DNA of 62,351 nucleotides, the filler included, from Stramenopiles sp. TOSAG23-3 (Eukaryota): assembly GCA_900128585.1 (NCBI GenBank). It is 7 parts of 7 records of this genome, joined end to end, with 100 filler letters (N's around TTAATTAATTAA, not from the genome) between each part and the next. Parts side by side here need not be neighbours in the genome. Positions count along the whole stretch, not along the records: positions 28,364 to 42,432 come from LT642591.1; 6 more parts are not named here. One strand, 5' to 3'. Positions 30,335-42,532 of this stretch are shown here, piece after piece. The notes under the pieces were generated by a model. That model did no database searches and had not been told where the DNA came from. It saw only the letters and a program-made list of their open reading frames with translations. The translations under genes and the position numbers were made by a program. The stretch's first letter is position 1. Every line of letters begins with the position of its first letter.

Positions 30335-32626
30335 ATGTCTCAAGTTCACCCCCGTCCGACCCGAAAGGCGTCTTTAACCAGAGAGGCCACACATATTGAT
30401 ATGAACGCTTTTAAACGGGCCGTTATTGCTCATAGGGGTTTTAAAAATTTTGTGACAGCTATTTTAATGATGACTTCCTGCTACTGGTTTTCGTTGTCCA
30501 TTGGTCGGATGCAGCCTCGGGACGCGATCAAAAACTCGCTCTCTCAAATGTTCCTACCGAATGAAGACGACCTTCAGTCCCGAAGTTCATTAAAGAAGTA
30601 CTTCTTTGGGAAAGCTGTTTCGTTCGAGCAGGAGGTAACGGAACATTTCCCTTTCCTTGTCCCAGTCTTGATGGAATATAATTTTCATGTTTCAAAATGC
30701 AACAAAAATGCATTTGCGTTCAAAAACATTCAATTAAAAAAGACTCTGCCGTGGTGCTCTACAAAATATAGCCCGAGCCAGTACGTTGCCAAAACTGCAA
30801 AAGCGCATTATAGACAGGGGAATGAGAGTGGAGAGGGATGCAAAGATACACGGCTGAAAAGCAGTTGGTCCATGCAAACAGCCTTCGGGGAACATCCCGA
30901 ATATTTCTGGTCCGAAAAGGATGAGGCGTCCATGAAAACTGTAGATCTCTCAAAATGGCTCGAGGGGAAGACGATTGGGTACATCCGCTGTGGAAACACT
31001 TCGTTCTCGATGGAGCATTGGAAGGACTATGAGATTATTGCCGGTTTCGTCATTCCATATTACAAAGGGAAAGATGTGGTAAGTCGACGCGTGGACGAAC
31101 TGAAACAATTGAGCAGCGTTCTGGGCGAAAGTTTGATTCTCGGCCGATCGTCATTTATCTTATACAATGCTCGTCACGATTACACCATATACTTGTGGTG
31201 TGAGTTTATGAGAGATCCGTCTTCGACCTACATTCAGATTGACTATAGTGCCGTCAACATAGACCGAACGCCGTTGCTGGGTACAGATGTTTCGTACACT
31301 CTGTTCTTTATTGCTGTGATCGCATTCGTTGGCATAGACGTGTTTGAAGAGGGGAGACAGTTCTTGATATTTTTTCAGCGCATAAAATCTCGCAGGCAGC
31401 AGAAGGACAGTGAAAGAAAAATGAAAACTCGCTGTCGCTGTTTAACTATGTGTTGTCTATCTTTGCGCAGGTATTGCGACTGTTTCAATATTCTCGACAT
31501 CGCACGGATAGTTGTGGGCACTGCGACCATTATATTTGCACTAATAATGCAAGTGATGCTTCATCCTCAGTGCAATGACATTCTAGCAGTAGCTGATAAC
31601 AAATCTTCGGAGCCAATTTATAATTTGTGCGGCTTCATGAGCCGAGGTAGCGATTTCATCCAATATGGAACATCATGCTGGTGTATTTTGCTTTATAGTA
31701 TAAAGATTTTGAAGGAATTGCGGTGGCACAAAGGGGCCAGCGTCTTAACGCGAGTGCTTTCCTATGCGACGAAAGATATTGTAGATGTAGGGGTAGCAAT
31801 TTTTGTGCTCCTTGTTGGGTTTGCAATGTTTCTACAAATCAGCTTTGGCGGTATGGGTGGACGGCTCCCTTTCCGGACGTTATCTGATTCCATGAGCAGT
31901 GTGTCAAAAACCGCGTTTACAATAATGGAACAGCAAGAGTTCGTCAGCGGAGGCCGAAATGATCAATACAGTGGATACGGAGGAGGTTTTGGTGGGACTT
32001 TGTACGTACCAATAATGTACTGGGTGATTTTTCTCGTCGTTTCTATATACATTACCAACATTTTCATTGCTGTCATCGGAAAAGCATACGATCATCACAT
32101 CGATTCGTTGAAAGAAGCAGGTGAGGATGAGAATATAATCACCATTATAAAAAACGAGTTTATGTATTATCTGCTGTATCACCCGTACCTTCCAAAGTTT
32201 ATGACCCGCAAGCGTGAAATGCCACCACGTATAAAACAGATCGAAATAGCAAGTCTAGATACAGCCCTAGACGTTATTCAGTTGTATGTTGATCCACAAA
32301 GGTGGGAAAATCGCCCTGAATTGGAGCTGAAGGAATTGTTTAAACATACCGATGCGAGCAAGGATGAACATTCTGGGCTTGTTGAATGGAGAAATAAGTT
32401 CCCTGCTGATGACCTCAGAGACCTCAAAACGTTTTTAGAAGCAGCTGAAAAAGCGATCTTACAAAGTCGCAAATTATACCATTGCACCTCGCGCAAAAAA
32501 CTAGCCCATGAACAATATAAAGAGTTGTATGTTGAAGAGCTTAGCGAAAAAATCGCAAAGGCTTTTACAGTTTATGCTTACAGTTTTGAAATTGAACAAA
32601 GGAAATTGCGAAAACAAAATGCGTAG
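30335..32626 (+). CDS. Polycystin-2 (PKD2/TRPP)-like cation channel
   Basis: N-terminal TM, a large luminal loop, then FNILDI, KILKELR...LTRVL..ATKDI, pore helix FRTLSDSM and S6 ITNIFIAVIGKAY. Confidence 0.8.
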   Translation: MSQVHPRPTRKASLTREATHIDMNAFKRAVIAHRGFKNFVTAILMMTSCYWFSLSIGRMQPRDAIKNSLSQMFLPNEDDLQSRSSLKKYFFGKAVSFEQEVTEHFPFLVPVLMEYNFHVSKCNKNAFAFKNIQLKKTLPWCSTKYSPSQYVAKTAKAHYRQGNESGEGCKDTRLKSSWSMQTAFGEHPEYFWSEKDEASMKTVDLSKWLEGKTIGYIRCGNTSFSMEHWKDYEIIAGFVIPYYKGKDVVSRRVDELKQLSSVLGESLILGRSSFILYNARHDYTIYLWCEFMRDPSSTYIQIDYSAVNIDRTPLLGTDVSYTLFFIAVIAFVGIDVFEEGRQFLIFFQRIKSRRQQKDSERKMKTRCRCLTMCCLSLRRYCDCFNILDIARIVVGTATIIFALIMQVMLHPQCNDILAVADNKSSEPIYNLCGFMSRGSDFIQYGTSCWCILLYSIKILKELRWHKGASVLTRVLSYATKDIVDVGVAIFVLLVGFAMFLQISFGGMGGRLPFRTLSDSMSSVSKTAFTIMEQQEFVSGGRNDQYSGYGGGFGGTLYVPIMYWVIFLVVSIYITNIFIAVIGKAYDHHIDSLKEAGEDENIITIIKNEFMYYLLYHPYLPKFMTRKREMPPRIKQIEIASLDTALDVIQLYVDPQRWENRPELELKELFKHTDASKDEHSGLVEWRNKFPADDLRDLKTFLEAAEKAILQSRKLYHCTSRKKLAHEQYKELYVEELSEKIAKAFTVYAYSFEIEQRKLRKQNA

Positions 32627-33254
32627 TAGTAAAGAAGGGATTGGACGACATGATTCTGTACTGTATCAAAACAAAATTACTCGCTCAAACGGCCGTCAAT
32701 CAAATGATCTCCTTTCAAAATGTATTAAACCAAGACACGGGGAAAGAAGTAGTCCTACATTTTTCTTTGCTTTCTTAATTTAAAATGATAGACACTACTA
32801 TATTAATTGTTTGTGAGGATGAAATGCCTATGAATCAACACCCTCGAATGATAAAATAAAGAGTGGATACTTCGAAAATTTGAACAACATCTTGAGACTT
32901 TCACACCAACAATTATGTGTTCGTGTTGTATTTTCTCCTTTAGGCGCTGAACTATTAATACCGGTACCAGGTACCGTACCAGGTACGATAAAACGAATGA
33001 AATAATAGACACTAATAATAATACAATTATTATTCTATTTAAATATTAATATTATTCATAATAATATAATAATATTTATGTTGGTACGTACAGCATTATA
33101 AAAAATAATAATTAAATAATAAATAAAGAAGTTAAAATATTTATTAATATAAAAATAATAACAACATCATCGTCATCACATCATCGTCGTGTATTCTTCT
33201 TCTTTTTAATTCCCGTCATTGATATTATTGTTGGGCGGTGTTGCAGTTGTCTTT

Positions 33255-34511
33255 CTAACCTGTGAAATGTGCCTTGAATAGTCGAAAGAATTCCTGGAAA
33301 CATCCCCGCCGGACACTTTCCCTCGCCCTGTCTACCAACAGCTTCAACCTACTTAAGTTGTGGATATACACCAAAGTCGAAGCAAGCATTTCGTGGGCAT
33401 TCAAAAGGTGGTTGATGTACGCTCGGCAGTAGGAACGGCATGAAAAGCAGTTACAGCCGGGCATGATGGGGGCGGTATCGCGCTCGAAGCGTTTGTCCCG
33501 CAAACTGATCTTTGTCACTGCGTTATCGGGACAGTGTTCGGGGTAAGGGTTCTCCAACTCAGTTTTTCTTCTTTTCCTATCCCTGCTACACTCACTTAGT
33601 ACCCCCTCCCCGTTCACGGTATTGCCATTTGGCTCCGACCCAGGAACTTCCGGAATTAAGTACACCGATGCATACCCAAGGCGGGTGATGCTTTCTGCGT
33701 AATCCGATTGAACGACGTCTATGCCTTTCGAAATTGCTTGCAAAATGCCCAGGGGGGAGATTGCCATTTTCATCAAGCGGCACATTTCAGGTGGGATCAA
33801 CGGGAGCACGTTCTCCAGAACGTCCCTTCGTTCGCTGTCCGTCTCCCCAACCCCTAGGCCCCCAATAACTACCCCTTGAATGCCCTTGAAGCTGGCGACC
33901 CCTTCGGCGCAGATTTTCCGGAGCTTCATGTGATTGCCTCCCAAAACAACCCCGAAGATCCCTTCGTTGGCCTCAGCCGCTTCCCCCTTTTCTACGATAG
34001 CAGACAGCCATGACAACGTTCGCTTCACGCTTTTGCTATGTCTATTTTTCGAAGCATGAAAGGGCACCTCGTCACAGAGCGCAACGTTTATGTCCGCTTT
34101 TGTTGCCCTTATAATATTGAGGTAAGTTTCGACGTCAACCTTTTGCCGCCCATGAAGCGTATCTATGGATATTTGGTCTGCATTTGTTGGCGTGTTCGCA
34201 AGTGATCCGGGCTGCCGGATAGAAAGCATCACCAACTTTGGAAGCGTCAAATTAAAATATTCACGGAGGCTCTGTTTCTGTTTGGCGTAGTGTTTGTATT
34301 CCAGCAAAACCTCCTCCAGAGCAACGCACGCGGGCAAGCTGCCAATGTCCATATTTTCCAGCTGCATGAGGTCAGCGGTAACATAGGGGACGGCACCCCC
34401 TCTCGTTGTCCCAACCAAGCACGGGGTAGGGCACCCGCGTAGCACACCGCACCTAGGCGAACCTATACTTCCGTGTTTCGTGATTTCAAAAAATGGGTGG
34501 ACTGACGCCAT
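33255..34511 (-). CDS. QTRT2: Queuine tRNA-ribosyltransferase accessory subunit 2
   Basis: TGT fold (TP...TTRGGAVPY, GVVLGG, GIDV) with Zn site CNCFSC...RAYINHLL..HEML...IHN. It lacks the catalytic DSGG motif, as expected for QTRT2. Confidence 0.88.
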   Translation of the reverse strand: MASVHPFFEITKHGSIGSPRCGVLRGCPTPCLVGTTRGGAVPYVTADLMQLENMDIGSLPACVALEEVLLEYKHYAKQKQSLREYFNLTLPKLVMLSIRQPGSLANTPTNADQISIDTLHGRQKVDVETYLNIIRATKADINVALCDEVPFHASKNRHSKSVKRTLSWLSAIVEKGEAAEANEGIFGVVLGGNHMKLRKICAEGVASFKGIQGVVIGGLGVGETDSERRDVLENVLPLIPPEMCRLMKMAISPLGILQAISKGIDVVQSDYAESITRLGYASVYLIPEVPGSEPNGNTVNGEGVLSECSRDRKRRKTELENPYPEHCPDNAVTKISLRDKRFERDTAPIMPGCNCFSCRSYCRAYINHLLNAHEMLASTLVYIHNLSRLKLLVDRARESVRRGCFQEFFRLFKAHFTG

Positions 34512-35428
34512 TTCGCATACAACGTTCTCACCGAGGTTTGTGTACCACAAAAGCAGTTCTACTGTTTTGTCCTTTCCACGCCTATGTAATACTGGGCAGT
34601 TAAAGTCGTCCTAAAAGCATTTAGTCTACGTTTCTTACGAAATACTTGTTGTATTCCATTTTCTTCTTCCATTTGAACGCATGTATATATATTGCCAACG
34701 GAACGCAGGCATAATTTTCAATATTATTATTATAATGCCATATCGGTTTGTTATTAGAAGAAGTGATGGTTGGTCGGTGTCGCAGGTCACCACATTCTTC
34801 ATTCAGATGGCAGCAAGAGGAGCGAGCAAGCAATAAAATATAAAAATATAAAAAAAAAATTGATGATGTGATGCTGCTATTATAATATTTTTTTATTCTG
34901 ATGTAGTTGTATTATTATTAGTATAATATTTTTTTACGTATAGTATTATTATATAATTTAAATTTAACACAACTTTTCTCTGACATTCAATCAGTGTTCT
35001 TTTTTTTTTACTTCTTTCTTCTATTTTATTACACTATACGGTACTATGGCTTTCTTCTTTCTTGTGATCGATAAAAAATGTGTAACGATTATTTAGATCC
35101 AATAGAGGAGATATATAAACAGTAGAATCCTATAAAAATAATCATCTTCTTCTACGAGTACTGGTGGTAGTAAGTACCAGGTACCAGGTACCAACCAGTA
35201 GTAGTAGGTAAACAACCACGAAACAGATACCATCACAAGTATTTAAATAAAAAAACAGTATGGTAATGGTTTCAATATATTATAATCATATATAACCAAT
35301 GCGTGACATGCAATTTAAAAAATATTCTCAATTTGTGCTTTACGCGCTCAAATCATTGTTGCAAGGAGCAGAAGACTGGAAGTGTTTCGACGGTTTATCG
35401 CTTCTTTGTTTAGATTTAGATTGTTGTT

Positions 35429-36547
35429 ATGGCGGAAGACGAAAAGCCGCTTCCGGGTCGCTCAAAAAAAGTGAGAATCGACAATCCAAAATCAACGGAC
35501 TTGTCTGGTCTTGATTTTCATCATGATGGGGTGGGTCCGGGGGGGGGCTCAAGTTTAGAAACGCACGTGAGGAACCCGCAACAAGCAACAAAACTGTTGC
35601 ACGATGACGTGGTGTCCAAGCAGTTGATGATCGACCGTTTGATCAAGGAGGCGGACGAGCATGCAGGCCACATTAAAGAGAGCGGGCAATTGATTGTCCG
35701 ATTACGAAGCGATACCAAGGCAATCATGCAGGACATAGAGGCAATTACCAACGAGATAACAAAAGTAAAGACGAGGACCTCGGAGGTGCGGAAGAAAGCA
35801 CTGAAAGAGACGTTTAATTTAACTGGAAACGCCGCGACAGAAAAGAGGATAAAAGATTTGATTGTTTTGATAAAGGAGGAAAGGAGAGCCAATCAAAAAC
35901 TGATCGCACAAATAGATATTACGCAGGGTGAAATAGCCCGTGGGATTACCAAAGACGACATTCGCCAGATGCACGCACTCGAAAAGGCCCAGGGCGTGAA
36001 GGCGTTGTTCATTAAAAAATTACAGCATTCAACCAAGGACATGGCGCAATACCGCCAAGGGGTAAAATCGAATGAAAATTTAATCCTTCGACTAGAAAAA
36101 CGTCTGTATTCAAACTGCTCCCGGGGTATAAATGCAAATTCTGTTCGGATCGTAGGGGGGGTCAGTCTCGCCAAAGAGAACGAGCTACGGGAGGCTAGCG
36201 TATTCCAACCAACCCCCCCTTTGGTAGGCAGGAACCCCCCCGAAGTTGAGGCGCTCGAGCACAAAAAAGACGAGTTAATCATTAGAAATAAAGCATTACA
36301 TTTGGCCGCAGGAGGAGCCGAGAATGTGCCGGACGTGATGGGCAAAGAAGCGGTAGATCCCCGAGACGGGCGTATAAAGGCGTTGCAAGAACAGCTAGTG
36401 ACAAATGCCACCGATTTTGGGAAAAAAATTTCAGAACTGAAAATAAAATTAATGGAAGCTGAAGCAGGAGGGAGTATGCAAGCAGGCATGGAGGGGGAGC
36501 ATAGAGACTTGCAAAAAAGCTACGATACGTTTGTCCCACAACTTTAG
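35429..36547 (+). CDS. Coiled-coil protein, possibly CCDC33 C-terminal-like
   Basis: Extended heptads. YRQGVKSNENLILRLE and RIKALQEQLVTNATDFGKKI resemble ciliary CCDC33-type tails (weak recall). Confidence 0.65.
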   Translation: MAEDEKPLPGRSKKVRIDNPKSTDLSGLDFHHDGVGPGGGSSLETHVRNPQQATKLLHDDVVSKQLMIDRLIKEADEHAGHIKESGQLIVRLRSDTKAIMQDIEAITNEITKVKTRTSEVRKKALKETFNLTGNAATEKRIKDLIVLIKEERRANQKLIAQIDITQGEIARGITKDDIRQMHALEKAQGVKALFIKKLQHSTKDMAQYRQGVKSNENLILRLEKRLYSNCSRGINANSVRIVGGVSLAKENELREASVFQPTPPLVGRNPPEVEALEHKKDELIIRNKALHLAAGGAENVPDVMGKEAVDPRDGRIKALQEQLVTNATDFGKKISELKIKLMEAEAGGSMQAGMEGEHRDLQKSYDTFVPQL

Positions 36548-37267
36548 GTCACTTTAAAAAATATACGAAATACTTGACCAGAACACTCAGGCAGGCAGTA
36601 AAATTGTAAAAGCAATTTTTATTTTAATTTTTAAAAACGAAAAATTGGCTGTTATTTATTTTTTGAGTTTTTAACCTCTAATGGAGAAAAGGAGCAGATT
36701 CGTTTTCGCGGTACACGAGACAGCTAAATTTTAATATTTATTACTTAATAAATAACAACAAATGAAATTATCAGGGACTTTGACTGGGAATTGGGTCGGT
36801 TTGTTGAGTACAGATCACCTTTGTTGTTGCCAAGAAAAGAAATATTTTCACTTGGTAGTCATTCTTCTCATTGGAATATAAAATAAATCCTCAGTGATTG
36901 ACAATCAACGAAACGAAATAAAAAAATCAAATTAAAACACCAAGATAGAATTAAGGCTGGAACTGAAATCATAATTGATATAAAATGAGGAGTCTTAAAT
37001 TAGCATACTATAATAATAATTTGTTTTTTGTATTAAATAACAGACAGCGCCATTTTTTGTTTTTAACATAATAAAACACAACAAACAGCCATAATTTTGT
37101 TTTAATAAAACATAACAGCCAGTTTTCTTGTTTTAATAAAACATATGCTATATATACTGTGTGTGGGCTTTAAATAATTTTTAATCTTCTCTGCGAGTAA
37201 GAACTTCTGACACATAAAGCGACGTGATAAATGTAAGAGTCTAATAAACAATTGTCTCTTCCTTTGC

Positions 37268-38527
37268 TCACTCTTCCAACTCCTCAGGGAAGCCAATAAT
37301 TTTAGCGAGCCCTTTGTGGACAGTGCCACTTGCGTTCCGCAACGGGTATTGCTCCCCGCTGCAGTCCAACGTTGTTTTTGAGGCATCTTCCGGTAAGTTA
37401 GGACTTAATTCCCACTCTTTTGCCCTAAACATTTTTACTCCTGGGTGTTTTATGTGGTTCCCACTCTCAAATCCTAAAAAAATATTCAAGAGCTGAAATC
37501 GAGATATTCCTTGGTGGGCTGGGATAAGCAAAATGTCCACGGTGCCGGAATCGCGGTCGCTATGCGGTGCGCATTGAGCATCAGTGGCCGCCCACTTCGT
37601 GTTAAACGCCGCGATAGAAATGTTCTTTCCGTCTATTTGCTTCCAACCTTTTCTGTGGGGAACATCATTTAGGACGGAAGATTTTGAGTAGAACTCTCGA
37701 GCTTTCTTTTTTGGGAAATCCGCTTTCGTTGCTTCCAAAAATTGAAATACCCCGTCGTACTCTCGTCGCATTATAATCACCGCTGCTGGAGCGAGAAGGC
37801 CCTTGATCACAGTCCCGTAACTTCTGAATTTAGTTTCTGCCAGCCGGTCATGATCGGCGATCGCACCGAAGCAAAACGCGTGGGCGTCCCACACCATACT
37901 ATCTTCTTCCCCATCGCTATGGAACCGAATTGCAGTCATGTCCAAGGCCTGGGGGTTTCCATTTAGTAACGCTTTGCAAGCATTGTAAACGTCAAAGGAC
38001 CCAAAAGATGCGGATAGACCGTTCGAAGAACCGCCCGGGATCAAAGCCAACGGAACGCTCTCGAACAGCTTTCTAAGTACAATAGGATCGTTGCCACATC
38101 TTTGTGCATATCCTTGCATAACCTCATGCACCATCCCGTCTCCAGAAATCAAAACCAAGCACGAGCATTTCGCGGGGTCAACACCAAGAGCAATTTCCTT
38201 GGGGTGGCCGTGGTATTGCGTTTTTATAAATTTATGATCAATTTCATGTTGCAGAAGAAGAGGTTTGAGAACTTGCTGATAAATCTGCACAGAGTTCCCG
38301 TCGCCGCCGATTGGGTTTGCTAAAATGTACAACATCTTTCCATTTCGTTTACCTTTGGACACCCACGAAGAGCTTTCCTGCTCAATGACCATTGCCTTCG
38401 AAGCGATTGTATGAAAACTTGCACGAAAAAGAAGCCAAAAAGCAACTGCGCTACACACCAATACACTTAAAACGGCCACCCAAACCCCATTTCCACTTTG
38501 GCCAAAATATTGTTCGAAACCGGACAT
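37268..38527 (-). CDS. Sphingosine/diacylglycerol kinase (DAGKc) family protein with N-terminal TM anchor
   Basis: ILANPIGG, ISGDGMVHEV, LALIPGGSSNGL and DCSGE. A hydrophobic segment lies near the N-terminus. Confidence 0.9.
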   Translation of the reverse strand: MSGFEQYFGQSGNGVWVAVLSVLVCSAVAFWLLFRASFHTIASKAMVIEQESSSWVSKGKRNGKMLYILANPIGGDGNSVQIYQQVLKPLLLQHEIDHKFIKTQYHGHPKEIALGVDPAKCSCLVLISGDGMVHEVMQGYAQRCGNDPIVLRKLFESVPLALIPGGSSNGLSASFGSFDVYNACKALLNGNPQALDMTAIRFHSDGEEDSMVWDAHAFCFGAIADHDRLAETKFRSYGTVIKGLLAPAAVIIMRREYDGVFQFLEATKADFPKKKAREFYSKSSVLNDVPHRKGWKQIDGKNISIAAFNTKWAATDAQCAPHSDRDSGTVDILLIPAHQGISRFQLLNIFLGFESGNHIKHPGVKMFRAKEWELSPNLPEDASKTTLDCSGEQYPLRNASGTVHKGLAKIIGFPEELEE

Positions 38528-39365
38528 TTTCCTAATATAGCCCACGCAATAAATGTCTATCCTTCGATTGCGCGTTTCAATCTCAATTTGCCCCTCCTCC
38601 TCTCTGTAGAACATATAAACTATAATGAATAAGCAAAGCCAAGGCTCTGAATCGTTCTTAAAAATGTCTTGGTGGGTTTTTCACAAACAAACAAAAAACA
38701 ATCGTAGAAGGGACCCAGCATCAATTTGGTTTTCATCCCGACCTCCTCCGTAAGCGATATGAAGAATCTGAAATCTGAAAAAAAAAAAGTTTGTTGAAGA
38801 AGAAAATAATAAATATTATTACAGTATTAAAATACCGTATATAAGCTATATAGGCAGAAGAAGAATGATGAAATTAAATTAAAATGTGATGTCTGATTTT
38901 TATTGGAATTAAACGTTATTATAATGTCTTTTACACAGCCTTCATAATGTACAATATATCAATAATTTTTGTACAAGTTAGGATTAAAAAATGAAATGTG
39001 TATTAATTATATNNNNNNNNNNNNNNNNNNNNNNNNNNNNNNNTATTCTTTAATTAAAACAAAATAATCATCTTCTATCTAATAATCCATCGATGGATTA
39101 AAATTATTAGCCAAAAAAAAAGTACCGTGCACCCACCACCAGGGAAGGCCATCCCCCCCCCCCTTTTAAATGTACTAGGATATACGTATATACATATGAA
39201 ACAGAAAAAGAAGGCACAAGCAGTCAAGCGGCAGCAATAATAACAAATGAAAGCAGCACAGTTAGTTCTCGCTATAGCAAACACGAGGGTTGTTCGACTA
39301 CCGTTTTTGTTTGTATACTCGAAAAAAGAACGGACATTTACTGAACTAGTGGTCTTCTTTTGACC

Positions 39366-42300
39366 ATGAAGACGCCGGGCGCCTCCGAGGCGAAACGTTC
39401 GGTTTTGGTACCGCGGCGGCGAAGCCTGTATGCTGCGATATCGAAATTAGATGAAATTTGTACAGCTGCATCCACGCCAGAAAAAGGTTCTGGGGCTAGA
39501 AGTTTCAACAAAACTGCACTAGGCAGCACTGATCTGGACACATCAATGTACTCGCTTGTATACCCAGAGGCGTTGAGAACGGTCAAGCAGAACATCAGCA
39601 AAGGAAAAATAAATAGCCCCGTTTTGAGAAAAATTATAGTCGAAGAGTTGACTCTAAAGGAAGAGTTAAAAGCATTAGATTCGGCTTTGGAACGGAATAG
39701 AAAAGGGGGACAGAAGCGGACAACCGCAGAGAAGACAGCACTGGGGGGTAATACATTGGTCCCCGAGGCTACAAAATCTTATTTGCTATCAGAAACCAAG
39801 CGGGAAGTTGAGCTCTTTCACCAAACACTTTTGAAAGTCGGCTACACGAGGGCAGATTTGGGGACCACTGCCAGAGAAAAGAAGGTGAAGGCCGTTTCAA
39901 AAAGGATTAGTTGGGATTCTAACCAGCCTGGAAAACTTGCGGCCGGAAAAATAAAAAATAACCACTCCAAAACTCCAACCGACCGTGAATCGTTTTCTTC
40001 GCAGGGTGGAAAGAGTGCGGTGAAAAAGTCTCCAACTGCTGGTGGAAAAATGCTGTTGTCCACGAACCAAGAAGGCCAGGCGAAGGAGAAGAGATGGGCA
40101 AAATTACCTAGAAAATCATCCAAGATGCCCTCTGTTATGAAGTTAGCCGTGCGGGCGGCAGAAAAAAGGCAGGGCAGCGTGCTGGCAAGTGCGGTATACC
40201 GAGGGGCAAGAAAATCAACGGTTGGGCCATACTCGGCGAGGCAAGTGTCAGCGCCAATGGTCAAGACGCTGAACAAGAATACGAACAGTGAACGTGGGGC
40301 AGAAAAGCCGGGCAGTAAAAGCGACAGTGCCGCAGGAAGCCCTGGGCTCCCGGAAAAAGTTGACAAGGATGTTGAAAAGATGAAGCGGATCAGCATGTAC
40401 CAGTCTGTTGCCATTGCGTCCGTTGCCCCACCTGTACAAGAGACGGTCCAGCCTGGACGCAGTAACACGACTCGGAGGAAAACGGTGAAGATACATGCTC
40501 CCAACTCACGGCATACATTAACTACCAAGGAAAAGCGCCGAGTCTCGATACTCTCGTCGGCAGTCAATGTTGCGGAGCGAAAACCACAAAGCAGCCAAAG
40601 TACAGGGTTCGTGCCAGAAGGAAGCAGGCGAAATGAGCCCAGCCGAACCCACAGAAGCGGTTCTATTGAATCCATGTGGCAAAGCAGCAAAGCGTTTCGA
40701 AAATCCGTTTTCCTCATTTTAGAATCTGAAGGGGGCGAAACCAAGGCAGACAATAGTTCACATAAACCGCCGCCCCCCCCTCCCCCATCGCCTCCCCCGT
40801 CCCCCCCTCGTCTAAAAAGAAGGAAGGAAGCGTCCCCTCCGCCACCCCCGCCGCCTCCACCGCCGGCATCAGTCGAAGAAATCATTGCGGCACCACAGCG
40901 CCAAATGGGGAGCGTGTACCGACGCGTTTCAAGCTCACCGAGGGCGCCGCCCCCACCGCCCCCACCGCCTCCGCCCCCACCCGAACCGCGTAGGCAACAG
41001 CGCCCAAGGTACTTGTCAAAGGTGCCCTCATTAATGCCGAAACGGAGTGGGCAAGATTACGAAGAGAAACAAGATTACCCTGAAATAGAGTATACATTGG
41101 CGGCGTGGTGTGAAAAGCATTTAGGTTGCAAAGTAGACAACTTTTTTGACGACTGGAAAGATGGAAGGCATTTGTACACTTTGTCATGCAGCGTTTGTGG
41201 CGCAAGTATGCAAGAACGGGATAAAAGAGAGTTCATGGGAGTAAGTGAACGGGTTGGGGCTGCGTTTCGGTCCATCTACAAACACATAAGAATTGAACCG
41301 ACATTTTCTGGGGAAAATCCGGGGGCGTGGGGGCCGACTGAAGAGCAGCACTTGAAAAAATATTTGCTGGCTATTTGGGCAAAGACGAAGACTAGGCGCC
41401 CAACACTTTCCATGGGAAAGGTTGAAAATCCAAAAGAGAAAATGCTACCAAAACCAGAGACAAACAGCAAGGCAAACCAGGACGACAACGGCCGCCTAAA
41501 GATAGAAAGGCACAGGCGAGCAAGCAATCGTTTTGCAACGGAACGAAGGCGGTCGGTAATTGCTGACAAACTAGCAGCATCTGCAAGGACGGCAAACAAT
41601 CCCAAAATCCCCAAGCCGAAGAAATGGGCACGACGGCGTAGTCTTTTATTGATGCCTAATGCTAATGCGACAAAATCTAAGTCCGCCAAGTTGAAAAAAT
41701 TAAGGGACATGAAAGCTATGTTGGACAGGCAGGAAAAAAGTGAATTGGAAAAGGGGTTGACTGACGAGGAGCTTCAGCTGAAACGGCAGGTCGAACAATT
41801 GAGCAACTTTGCAAGGAAGAATGGGATCCATGTAAACCATGAGTACGTTTTGTTCAATGAGGAAGACCAGAAAACAGATTTGTGCAAGGTTGTCTCGATG
41901 GATGCCCACGGGATTAAACTGAAAATAGCATTTGCAGAAGTTTACGAGTGTATCGGTGTGGAGGATTTCGTTGCCAGGCTTAAAAAAGGGACCGATTGGC
42001 AGAAATCAGAAAAGGTGAGAGTTCGGGAAATGAAGCTCGAGGAGAAAAGGGCGCAAAAAAGAGAGGCTGAAATGAGAGAGATGGCAAGGAAGAAACATAA
42101 AGCCGACGAAGCCGCGGAGAGAGAGAGGCATCGGCTTGGCATGATTGCTCGAGAAAAGGAAGAGACAGAAGCTAGGGAAGCGGAAAAGAAAAAGCGCGAA
42201 GCAGACAAAACGGCGGAAAAAGAGCGGCTTCGACTTGCCGAACTTGCTCAACAGAAGGAGGAGGAAAAAGCGCGTTTAAGGGACGCGGCAAAGAAGAAAC

Positions 42301-42432
42301 GCGAAGCGGAGGAAGCTTCGGAGAAAGAGCGGCTTCGACTGGTAACAATTTCTCAAGAGAAGGAAGAAGCTCGTTTAAGGGAAGAGTCCGAAGCCCGGGA
42401 GGCGGCAAGGAAGAAACGAGAAGCGGAGGAAG
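39366..42432 (+). CDS. Proline-rich, calponin-homology-domain, charged-helix cytoskeletal protein (3'-truncated)
   Basis: Three poly-Pro blocks, CH-like LAAWCEKHL..VDNFFDDWKDGRHL, and E/K/R repeats running into the contig end. Confidence 0.75.
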
Positions 42433-42532
42433 NNNNNNNNNNNNNNNNNNNNNNNNNNNNNNNNNNNNNNNNNNNNTTAATTAATTAANNNNNNNNNNNN
42501 NNNNNNNNNNNNNNNNNNNNNNNNNNNNNNNN
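42433..42532. other. Artificial contig spacer
   Basis: N44-TTAATTAATTAA-N44. Confidence 0.97.

Noticed and set aside
39842-40885. Long antisense ORFs (also 59235-60191, 45426-46226, 14398-15063 and 461-1102)
   Set aside because: They are shadows of well-supported genes on the opposite strand and contain no recognisable motifs.
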